Part shown: in pieces, positions 40,501 to 51,795 of the stretch
How the letters are laid out: every line of letters starts with the position of its first letter
Position numbering within the stretch: position 1 is the first letter of the stretch
Origin: Callorhinchus milii
Lineage: Eukaryota
Direction of reading: 5' to 3'
DNA length: 64,000 bases
Assembly: GCF_018977255.1 (NCBI RefSeq)
Contig: NW_024704743.1
Location: forward strand, 65,412,001-65,476,000
Notes under the pieces: model-generated
What the model was told of the DNA's origin: nothing
Database searches by the model: none
Seen by the model: the letters and a program-made list of their open reading frames with translations, nothing else
Translations under genes and position numbers: made by a program

Positions 40501-43500
40501 AAAACTGGAAGCACTGGGAAACAAAGAAGTGCCCTTTAATTAAAGGGAGCAGGAGTTGTATTGTTTTTTTTAAACACAATAAAAGAATGCTAAGCTCCCT
40601 TAAGACCTTTTTAACCGTGTTTTCGGTTATCGCTCTCCCTCCCTCTCACCACCCCCAGCTCGGGTTCCCAGTCAGTTGTGTGAAACGCTTTGAGATATCC
40701 TCCTGACGTGAAAGGTGCTATATAAATGTAAATTGTTGTAGTGTTGTATTAATATCTTCCATGCACAAGTAATCTGGATAAAGTGGGTGACATCACCAAA
40801 ATGTAATTTGCATTTAGAAGGTTTCACATTTCTGAAACATAAAACAATTTATACCCTAAATTTATACGACAGAAATGGCACATATTTATAGTTCTGATTT
40901 GATTGTTAAATAGAAAATGAGTCTTTGGAATGTGGACTGACAGAGCTCCATGTGGAGGTGGGCAATTCAGATTCTCTGCATTCAATTGCTTCCTCAGCTC
41001 GGAACTGACAGATACTTAGGACTTTTTGTGCAAAAGATTGGTGCAACTTTTCATGGAGGTTCTGGGTTGCTGATTGGATATGAATCAGTTTTGAAAAGGT
41101 GGAGCATAGACTGTTCCCCCTCAGCCAACCAGGTTCACATCTGACAGATGATAGGAACACCCACCCCGTACCATGGAAGGAAAATAGCACCTCAACCTCT
41201 GTGGGTAATTAGTAACAGAACCAGTTAAATAAAAAGGCCATTGAAGAGTATATTGGTAAGTGAGCAGGTACGTGAAAGATTCATTATCCTATGGCAAATA
41301 CTTACTTTTAAGAGCAAGTATTTGCTCCAACGAGTAAGCTCTGGCTAACAAATAGTTTGAAAGAGGTAATGCCTTCCTGTAACTCAGTTTTGCTGAGTTG
41401 CTGAGGGTGGGAGGACCCTGGCTGCTATCTGCTCTATACCTTAACTAAAGTACAAAGGGCTTATTATAATTTAAGAAATTGTAGTGTTATTTGTGATAAT
41501 TGCTGCATTTAGTCAGTAATTAAAAGGTAGGTTTTTATCTGTGATTATCTAGATTACCAGTGTATGGGAACTGCCAGCCAGAGCACAAATGCTCATTTTC
41601 TGGAAGAATTGACAGGAAGTTACTCACTAAACTCACAGTGGCCATCAATTTGAATTAGACTATTGGGTATAGCCCAAGCCATGATTGGCCTGCCAAGTGG
41701 TTGCAAGGCTTTGTGCTTAACTTGGCTGTTATTTTTTATTGTGATTGGGTATGGGTTTGTGTAAAGAACTACTACTCTAGCATTATAGGCAATGGGATAG
41801 CATAGTCTGACAGAGTGTGCACATGGCGTGCCATGAATTAGTCTGTTGCAACATAGGTCTCAAACTGCAATCCAAGAGAGGTGCTTGAGCACAAGACTGG
41901 CTGGTTCTGATGGGGAGGGAAACTCGAAAGAGAAGCGTCACCTTGGGATCCCGTGGTACAAAGCCCAGTGGTTGTCTTGATAATAATAAAATAGTAATAA
42001 TAGTAATAATAATAGCATGTATTTATATAGTGCCTTTCACGTCGGGAAGAAGTGCCACAATGCAATAGATCCTAGCATTTGATATAGAACCTTTCACATT
42101 GGGAGGATGTCTTAAAACCTTTCACAGGATTTACTGTAAAATGTGGTGACAATATTTTGCAGGTGAATGTAGCAGCCAGTTTGAGCATGGCAATGTCCCA
42201 CAAACAGCCATGAATTGTCTTACAGGGACGTTGACAGAGATTTAGGGCTACGTGACTTGTCACACTCTAGCTAGAAGCTTGTATATAGTGCTGGGAGCCC
42301 TGTGGAAGATGAAAGGTTGAAAATGTTTTTTTTAATTCTTCTTTTAAACATTTTTTTTGCATTAATGTCCAATTCCTTACCGACTTTTTTTCTTTAGGTT
42401 CTTAACCAGGTAAAAATATTTGATTAAAATACAATCACACATAGTGGGGTGAGATGCGCTGACCTACCTTGTATGTAACCCTGTTTTAGTAATGCCTTCC
42501 TTTTCTGCCCTCTGCCCCCGCCCCCCCACCCCCTCCTACATACATTCCATCTCAGCTAAGCACTTTGAGACCTTCTCTTATGGGAAACGTACTTTGTAAG
42601 TGGAAATTGTTCTGCTCATACTCCGTTGCTCGAGAACGCTCAGTGCTGTTAGTTTCAGAAGTGCATTACTTTTAGAAGATGAAATGGTTGATGGAAGAAT
42701 GAATTATAAAGTATGTATTAGTTCCATAGTGCACCACCCCACTACAGTGCTGGGGGTGTGGGGGAAACATCCTATAGACCAAGCGTTTACTGAGGTCCTG
42801 CCTACCGTTCAGGAGAATGTTAAAGATCCTATGGCACTATTGGAAAAGAGAAGGGATTTTTTACAGGTGCTTTGATCAACAATCCCCCAAATAAAATTTG
42901 TCATTCAAATTGTGGCTCTTTGTGAAACATTAGCTGTCATATTTTTCTACAAAACACAGTCATTACAGTTTACTGTATATTCTGTGAAACACTTTGAGAC
43001 GTCCTCTTAATGCGAAAGGTGTTATTTCAAAATAAGGATGTTATATATATATTATATATATGCATATATATTATATATATATGGGATAAAGTGTGGATCT
43101 CGCATAGGATTATAAGACATTCATTGGAAAAATCAGTAAAGCACAATGTCAGAGAATGTCCAATTCATTTCCTTGGCTTTTCAAACTATTTATATATATA
43201 TAATTTGAAAACCTAATGGGAGATAATAAAACAAAACTATATTCAATGGCTGCAGGCATGCATTTATTGGTTAGATTTATGAAATAGTTATTCTAAATCA
43301 GGGTGAATCCGTTCAGAGCAGATGGGGCTCATTTCCTGATATTTGAGCTGTTGTTAACTCCAGCCAAAGTTGAAGGTCTGGATTTCATTAAAAGGACCCC
43401 CTGAAGGCATCTTTTCAAATTCCAGAAATAATAATGTTTTTGCTCATAAGGGCAAAAACTTTTAGATGGTGATTCTTGTGTGCAATAAAAGACATAACAT

Positions 43501-44226
43501 GAAAGAAATAATTGCAGGTGACATTAACCATCATTAAGTTTTTTTTCTGCAGTCTATTTAATATTTATACAGGTAATGTACATCATCATGGTGTATTGTA
43601 TGACATGTGGCTTTGGTAAAAATCACTTTGATCTCGCATGGAACTGGTTTCAACTGTCTCATTGTACAGATTAATTGTTGATATATGGTTGTCTTGAGCA
43701 GCGTATTTGTTTCTGAAATAATTACTACTTCATATATATTTAAATGTATGTCATTTTTTATACAGGTCATTTGCAGAGAGTTTAATATTTCTTGGCTGAA
43801 TGAATGATTTATGTTCAGAAGCTTCCAATGTTTTTTTTCAAACTGTGTTTCTGGCTGTAGTACCCAGATTCAGAAACCCTCCCACCAGGATAGGAAGGCT
43901 TGATTTCCTTAGTGGAGCCAAAGGCATGCGACATATTCCGAGCTTTTTTCCATTGTGAGGGACCGAGTCTGGTTAGTTCAAATTGACTGGTAGACATTGC
44001 ATTAAATATATTGGAGCTGTTTTTTGACAGTAAAAGAGTTTTGATTATTCTGAGTTAAGAAGCTAAAGGTCAAGTCTAGCAGGCGTTCAAAGATTTAGTT
44101 TGATGTTGCCTAAAAGTATCGTACATTGACCTGAGAAACGCCTTCTTGAAAAGTGCAGACAAGAGCTGATTGCTGAGCAGTGTTTGTGGGACTGAATTAC
44201 AAGCAAAGAGGGACAAAACAATCCTT

Positions 44227-44319
44227 ATGGGCTGCACAGTGAGCTTAGCTTGCCTGGAGGATGAGATATGCCGTGTGCCACTGGATCAAGTGCAAGAAAA
44301 GAAAAATCTAATGGAAAAG
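44227..44319 (+). CDS. TNS1/TNS3: Alternative first coding exon of a tensin (MGCTVSLACLEDEICRVPLDQVQEKKNLMEK) with an N-myristoylation/palmitoylation motif
   Basis: 31 open codons ending at the phase-0 donor AAG|GTAGTG. MGCTVSL matches the N-terminus of a long mouse tensin-1 isoform as I recall it (MGCTVSLVCC...). G2/C3/S6 is an acylation signature. Too short for the ORF track; paralog not resolvable from this sequence. Confidence 0.7.
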
Positions 44320-45472
44320 GTAGTGTGAGTTGCGACATTTTCAAACTGCGCCTGCCTTTTAAGCATCTGATAAAAGTGATTGCCTCCAGTTTGCTTTGGT
44401 GTCAATGTGTTTGCTTAGTCTTGCTGTCTTTTTAAATTTGTTTAATCTGCTTCGGTCGTTTTGCCTTTTGCAAAATCTCTTTTTGATTTGACTCGGTTGA
44501 AAATAAAAAGCACATAGCTGAGAAAGATTTACAAGCGTATTGCAATTCATGCTGTTTCAACAGATGTTCAAAATCACAAGAGAAAATCTTAAGTGGCTTA
44601 GAAATTTCCCCATTTTTCCAGTATTTAGTAATCATTTTAATTTATTTTCAAACTTGTGTTTTGTTTTCGATAATATATTCCAGCTAGTCTGTTCTTTTTC
44701 CCCTTTGAAATTTGCAAAAAGACACTTTTAAAAGCTGTGCTACTGACAGCAAGAGGATGCAACAAAATATGTGAAAGAGTTTGGGAAGATTGTAACTTAA
44801 AAAGCAACATGGCAAATGCGAGGTTGAATTGGAGGCAAAAGCAAGCTTGAGTTCAGACAAACTGTTTACATTTCCACAAAGTGAATAAGCTTGCCCTCTT
44901 GATACACTGGTACCAGATCTCAACTGGTTCTGTTTGATGTGAGCTCTTATCAGATATGGTCATTTATAAGACAAAAGATGCAGTTATTATGTTTATCTTT
45001 TCATCAGACTCATTTCATTGAATTTGATGAGTACATTTTTCTTGAGCTGCTGTACTTAAGGAGGTTGAAGTCAGGTTGAAGTCCAATTAGTTCCAATTGA
45101 TTTTTTCCCCCGTCTTGTTCTCCACAAGTAAAGGCATATTAAGTATTTATAAAGGCAGAGGTCACTGTTAGGTTGACTGGTTCTCTCTGAAATAATAAGT
45201 GCCTCTATTAACTGTTCAGAATTTATAACCTTTTTGATCTAGATATTTTAAGTGTATTTCATGTGGTAATAATTCTTGAAGATGAAGTGAATACAAATTT
45301 ACAGGTTGTCAGAATTGGAGAATGTGTTGACATCACGTTAGGAGCTGATGGAAAACAAATATTTTTGTTAAAATTATAGCATTTTAACAATGATTGTATA
45401 CAATCACAAGAAAAAAATGCTTTGTGATTTGACGGGAAGTTGCTCTGTTCGCTCAGTGGATAAATGTATTAT

Positions 45473-45697
45473 CCAAAAAGGAGCAGAAACCCTCACTAGA
45501 TTTTCCTCTCCCTGATGCAGGGACATGGGAGCTATGTGCAACTCTCCATCAATGTCGTGCTTGATATCAGCTCAGGCCAGGATTTGAACCTGAGCCTTTC
45601 CTGGGCTGCACAGGACATTGATGGAGTGTTGCACATAGCTCCAGTGTCCCTGCATCAGGGAGAGGAAAATCTAGTGAGGGTTTTTGCTCCCTTTTGG
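45473..45697. repeat. Long inverted repeat (fold-back), arms 45473-45560 and 45608-45697
   Basis: By-eye alignment gives about 5 mismatches over the outer 84 bp; the loop holds the reversed B box of the host SINE. Confidence 0.95.
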
Positions 45698-46397
45698 TAA
45701 CCAATGACACTGGCTGTTCTTTGCTGGAAAATGGGCAGGAGGAGACAGAATAAAGCTAACCTGTGATGAGTTAATCTGTGGGACATCCTCCTGACGTGAA
45801 AGGCGCTATATAAATTTAATTTGTTGTTGTTGTTCCAGAGTCAAATAGACTGGCAGCATTGACTGTCTTGTCACACACATGAAGGTTGACTGCTTGATCA
45901 ATGTAGGAAGGTGAGGCAGATGGAGGCGGGGGAAGAGAGTTGGAGGGGGCAAATTAAAAGGGGAAAGTGCAGCACCTTCATGAAAGCAGATGGAACAACC
46001 TGGAGATGTAGCTCTCCCAAGAAGTTCCATAGATCAATGCTGAGCCGTAGTGACCATGAATTCCTGAGTTTCATAAACAATATGTTGTGAGTTGATCTCA
46101 GCAAGGGCAATGATGAGATGCATAATGGCCTTAGTGGTTAGGAGTAGGTAAAATCATCATGGAAAGGACCAGATATGGGAGCCCTCTGGTCAAATAGCCA
46201 CCAGGAGTCACTGACCAAGCACATAGAAGAAAAATGGGCGAACTCTTGTGTGTTTCATGAAATTGTATCAAATATAATCCATTGTCAAGGAGGGGAGCTG
46301 GGGCGGAGAGTTGGTGGGGCAGGTTAAAAGGGGAAAGTTGGAGGTGGGGATAAACTCCTCAGAACTTTCTACAGTGCCTAGAAAGGCATCTAATAAT

Positions 46398-46457
46398 CAG
46401 CGCCTTGGGACGTCCTCCCGACGTGAAAGACGTTATACAAATGTAATTTTGTTGTTG
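46398..46457 (+). mobile_element. 60-bp L2 3' terminus with the 7-bp TSD TAATAAT
   Basis: TSD at 46391-46397 and 46458-46464. Confidence 0.85.
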
Positions 46458-46609
46458 TAATAATGGTTGTTAGAATAGTTATCACTTTGCCACCACTCTC
46501 TGGCATTCTCTCCCCAAATTCCCTTTGCTGTACACTTTCTTTCACTGCCTTCAAAATCCTTTATAGAATGTATCCCTTCAACTGTGCCTTTCTTCTTTTT
46601 TCTTTCTTT

Positions 46610-46866
46610 TTTCAGCCTCTCTGCCCCCACACTCTGGAACTCCATCCCACGGTCCCTTTGCATCGCTTCCCCCTTGCCTCCTTCAAGTTCGGTCTCAAGA
46701 CCTTTCTCTTCGACCGTGCCTTTGGTTTCCCTCCCACCTCTCTGCCTTCCCTCACCCCTACACCACCCCTCCCCCATGCTAGGGCCCCAACACATGACTG
46801 TTCAGCGCTTGGGATGTCCGCCCGACGTGAAAGGCGCTCTATAAATGTAATTTTGTTTTTGTTGTT
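46610..46866 (+). mobile_element. L2 LINE 3' end (same subfamily as 60478-61085)
   Basis: Shared 3' UTR ctcccacctctctgccttccctca...ccatgctagggccccaacac. Confidence 0.9.
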
Positions 46867-47855
46867 CAACACTCATAAACCCAGCCCCCTCCATTCCTCT
46901 CTTCTTGGTCATCCCCCTGGATTTTGTGAAGTGCTTTCATCTTGCACAAAAGTGTAACATAAGTGCAACTTGTTGTTACCTACTTTGAAGAGATACAATC
47001 TTGAATATTTGAACAGGCAAAGTCATTCAGTGGTTTATCAGGAGGCGTACATGGTGGACGAGTTGATGTCTGTTTCAATTTCTTTGACAAACTCCTGTTG
47101 TTTTGTACTGTATCTGGAGACAATTAACTTCAATTAACTTTTGGCCACATGACCTTTCATGGTTAATCTTTTTCGTTTTCCTGTTCTCATTGGATGTCAA
47201 AAGGTAAACATAAGGTAAAGGTCACAAGCAGAACTTCAGATACATATGATGTGAAGGAAGAGGAGATTGCTTCCAATTTTACTACACTTATAATAATAAT
47301 ACGGTGCCTTAAAGCATTTCACGTGATATACTGTAAAGTGTAGTGACTGTGTATTTTGTAAGCGACTGTGGGAACCAATTTGCGAACATCAATATCCCAC
47401 AAATCGTATACAGCTCTTAACATGGAATTCTGTTTTTTCTGTAGGTACATCAAGAAAGAAGGTATATGAGTAACTTACCTCAAAACTAACTTTGAAATGG
47501 TGAATTTCCAGAGAAAATCCAAGTTATCACAAAATCCCAGAGCTAGTTGTTCAAAACAAAATCCCAGAATTAGTTGTTCTGGTTTAAATTTGGGAAGTTG
47601 GCTGGTTTAAGCAGAATAATTTGAAAACAAACATCAAATAAAATGTTGTTGTAGCTTGAAGGGCATAATAAAAATTCTTCTTCAGTAAAGACTTTGCAAA
47701 CATTTGGTGCAGGAAATCCCACTCAGCTCCTGTTAACTTCGCAAACCAAATCCTTAATGCGTTGGTGGTCCTAGCTCTCTGGACAAGCCACGGTAAAACT
47801 TGCCAGACAGTGATCTCAATGGCAAGCTATGCAGTTTTAGTTGGTTAGACTACAG

Positions 47856-48119
47856 CAGTACCCCAACACACACTTTGGGTTGCCAAATCTTGACTTCTGC
47901 CAACCTTTGCCTAATATTTTCCGGAATTGGGATGCAGGATACATTCCCTCCAGGGACAGAGTGCACATACCAAACATCTATCTCTGGAATTTCCATATGT
48001 AGGTGGGCTGCATGGAATTCTCAATTTGGTTTGGATACTCTGCGTATGGTGATGGGTTTCCACATTTGTGTCAGACACCCGGCTGACCAAAAAAAAGCAA
48101 AGATTTGGTAACTGAAATT
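47856..48119. repeat. Unclassified interspersed repeat; inverted copy of 33057-33310
   Basis: gtgtcagacacccggctgaccaaaaa and flanking matches. Confidence 0.8.
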
Positions 48120-48403
48120 CAACATTTGTTAAAGTGATCATTTTCATTTCAAATTACAGACAATAATGCAACCCTTTCTCTTTTGGGAGTCTGTATATGA
48201 TTTATATTGTTTCCACACTGTGGTTAAGTTTCATATTGGCACAGCACATTTAATGTCTCAGATTAAATACCAAATAAAATTAGTATGAAAAGGTTTTGCT
48301 CGTGAAATCAGTTTCCACTTAAGTTTGTGCGAGGATTATGAGAATGCACATGCCTGGTTTCAAACATTCAGCATTGAATTTGTGTTTCACTTCCGGACTA
48401 AAA

Positions 48404-49185
48404 TAACAACAACAATTTGCATCCAGATCGCTTGACAGTGGTGGAGCACAACACCGAGCTGGGGGGAGGGGGAGGTGACCATAGGCGAGGTTGAAGATGA
48501 AGGTCTTCAGGCCTAATCTGAAGATGGGGAAGGAAGGGGCAAAGGAGGGATCGAGGAAGAGTGTTTCAGAGTTTCGGGTGTTGTGTCTTAAAGCGTGGCC
48601 ATCAACAGTGGAATGGGGGGCACAAGGACATGCAGGAGGCCAAAGCCAATCGAGCGGAGGCAGCGGTTTGTGGGTTGAGGGTAAGCAGGTCGGAGAGGTA
48701 GGGAGGTGCAAGGACATGAAGAGATTTGAAATTGATTGTGTGGATCTTGAAATTGATCCATTCGGCGATAGGGAGCCAGTGGAGCCTGGTGTGTTGGAAT
48801 TACGGGGTTTAGTGCAGGTGAGTTTGCGGGTGGCGGAGTTTTAGATCAGCTGAATTTTGTGTATGGTGGAGCTGGAGAGACTGGCAAGGATAGCATTTGA
48901 AAAGTCGAGTTGGGAGGTGACGAATGCATGGATGAGTGTTTCGGCTGAGTCTGGGGTAGGGTACGGTCGGAGGTGGGCAATGTGGCGTAGGTGGAGGAAT
49001 GCAGTCCTGGTCAGGGACCAAATATAGGGTAAGAAGGACAGATGTGGGTCGAAGCTGACACCAAGATTGTGCACAGGTTCGGTGAGTCTGAGGGATAGGC
49101 CTCGGAGGTTGAGGAGGTCAGAACCATAGGACAGAAGACATTGATGGGAGCCAAGGAATATGGCTTCCATCTTGTTGATGTAAAG
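48404..49185 (-). mobile_element. L2 LINE fragment (older)
   Basis: Minus ORF EPVHNLGVSFDPHLSFLPYI...AFLHLRHIAHLRPY...AETLIHAFVTSQLDFSNAIL. Confidence 0.9.
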
Positions 49186-49374
49186 ATATGGGTAAATGGC
49201 ACTGATACAATATCACGTAATGATTTGCATGAATCATTAATATTGGCTGGAATTAAAATATAAAAATGTGTATTTTTTTCAATTGCTGTCTCCCAGCTCA
49301 GTCTTGGGTAGTTTAATTGCAGTAGTTATAGTAATTATGCTACCTTCTGCTTGTGAATGTATTGCATTTACCAA

Positions 49375-49817
49375 CAACAACAACAACAACAAGATTCCAT
49401 TTATTGAGCGCCTTTCACGTCGGGAGGACGTCCCAAGGCGCTGTACAGTTAGGTCAGGATCCGAGCAGGGGGAGAATGGTCAGGGTGAGGGGAGGGAAGG
49501 GAGGGAGCGAGGAGGGGGTAGAGAGTCGAGAGGGGAGCTGAAGGCACAGTCAAAGAGAAAGGTCTTGAGACCGGCCTTGAAGGAGGAAAGGGAGGAGGCG
49601 GCGAAGGCACTGGGGATAGAGTTCCAGAGCCTCGGGCCTGAGAGGCTGAAGGCCCGGCCACCGATGGTAAGGCGGTTGGGGCGGGGGATGTGGAGCAGAC
49701 CGGAGCCAGAGGAACGGAAGGTACGGGCAGGTAGGTAGGGGGATAGTAGCTCGGAGAGGTAGGAGGGAGCAAGGCCGTGAATGGCCTTGTAGGTGAGGGT
49801 GAGGATCTTGAATTCGA
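49375..49817 (-). mobile_element. Young L2 3' end with the 5-bp TSD ACCAA
   Basis: Closely similar to the 3' part of 6207-6932; TSD at 49370-49374 and 49818-49822. Confidence 0.95.
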
Positions 49818-50284
49818 ACCAATTGCATCAAGTAAGGGAAATGACTCGTTTTTTTTTAATGCCAAACTTGAATTTCAGATCCTGCCCTAGCTCAGTTGAA
49901 TCATTGATTTTGGGGAGATTGAATTGACTTTTTGGATGGACCAATGAGAGGTTATTGCTAGTTTCAGATTTCTTCATGTGTATGGTTTTAATATTTATAA
50001 AATGAGTCATCTGCTGTAGGATGAAGTTTAAACTGTGTAATTTAATTTAGAGGCTTTGTTTATGTTTCCTTGTGACTCAAGTTTAACTCTTTGACAACTT
50101 TTACTTCTGAATCAACTTTCTTTTAAAGTATGTTCAGTAATGTAGGTGAACTGCATTCTGTGGATTCATAAGGAATTGAGTCCTTTCCCCATCCATTTAA
50201 TTGAGGAATGGAAAGCTCTGCACAGGTTCTCCCTTATCTCCAAAGCTAATGAAAGCTGTGGAATATTCATCCACTTGTACTGTT

Positions 50285-50612
50285 CAGAGTGAATAGGGAG
50301 AAACTATTTCCACTGCTAAGGTGGAGTCAGTGACTAGGGGACGTAGATTGCAGATAGTCACAAGAAGAGCAAAAGGAGAGCTTAGGAGAATTGTTTTCAC
50401 TCAGTTTTATTGGAATGTGGAATGCACTGCCATGTAAGGTGGGAAATCCAGAGTTTATTGTAGGTTTCAAGAGGAAAAAAGGTTACCAGCTTGAAACAGA
50501 ATGGGGAGAGGACAAGGCAGAGGGATTGAATAACCACCTTGCATTAAGGTCTGCTGCAGATTTGCTTGGGTGGTTTTCCTCCTTCTGTGCTGTACATTTC
50601 TATGATTTTATT
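50285..50612 (+). mobile_element. Old CR1 3' fragment
   Basis: gactaggggacgtagattg, tggaatgcactgcc (WNALP) and a ttctatgattttat tail. Confidence 0.75.
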
Positions 50613-51449
50613 TGACTTCAGTCTGTTGCTCCCACCATAAATAACCTTCCCACTTCGCGCAGCTTTGCAGCCAAAATGTAACATGGAGTATTTGGCAGGG
50701 GATGTGAAGCAGGCCAGAGTCCGCTCAGCTTCACAGAAGAGCGTTATTTATTTGGTTTATGTTTGTGCAGTACTCCATTTTTCGAGCATTTGAGATGTTC
50801 TTTAACATAAAAGGTAATCCAATTGTTGGTAATCCAATTAAGTTGGCTTCTGCTTGTGAATGTATTGCATTTACCAATTGCATCAAGTAAGGGAAATGAC
50901 TGGGTTTTTTTTAATGCCAAACTTCAATAAGGGCAGTGTCCCTGATAATGAGAACCCAAAGTGGGAAGAATCTCCATTACATGTGCTCATTATTAAAGTT
51001 GCCATACTTAGAAGCTGGAGGAATTTCACCACCTAAATGCCTTGTAATATTGTCCTTGTTCTCGTTGGTAGATACAATAGTCCAAGTGGACACTTATAAT
51101 ACTATGATTTATTTGGTTCTAAATTTGATTGAAAATGTAACCTCCTTATTGTTTGGCATATTTAGGTTTTCCACTGCACTAGAATCATCGAATCATTATG
51201 TAGAAATGACTCAAGCTGACTTGATCCAAATGTCACCTGACGATCCTACTGGATTTATGATCTGTAAATGAGTGAACATAGAGACATTGTAGTCAAAGAA
51301 AATATAATACAGTACAAAGTGGGAAAAAAACCCTGAATAATATTATTCATGCCAAGAATATCCAAAACAAAATCTTGTTGAGAACTGCTGCCAACAGCAA
51401 TCCTGCAAGTCAAAGGAACATTGTGATTTGCAAACTCTCCCCCATACTT

Positions 51450-51795
51450 GTGGAGTCCCGCAGCACAAGCGAGAGGACCTAGGTTCAATTCCTAGACAGG
51501 GTGAAACCTTAGGCAAGTTTTCTTACTCCACACACCTCTGTTTGCCGAGCAGTAAGTAGGTACCTGGTTGTTAGTCGATTGTCGGATCGCCTTCCGGGAG
51601 TAATAATCCCTCCAAAAAAAATAATAATAATAGTTTGGTCACTCAATCCAAGACTGTTTGTGGGACACTGCTTGCGCAATTGGCTGCCATGTTTTGCCCA
51701 CAAATCAATCAATTTTACAAAATATTCTGTGAAGCCCTTTGGGATATCTCAATGACATTATAAGGTGCTATATCAAATGCAAAGATTATTATTAT
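51450..51795 (+). mobile_element. tRNA-derived SINE (SINE2-1_CM-like), long variant; possible TSD ATACTT
   Basis: Body and tail match; atactt occurs at 51444 and 51794. Confidence 0.9.

Noticed and set aside
43042..43082. AT-rich palindrome
   Set aside because: Low-complexity (TA)n sequence is self-complementary by nature.
47446..47461. Possible micro-exon between ctgtag and gtatat
   Set aside because: Not frame-preserving, weak donor, no other support.
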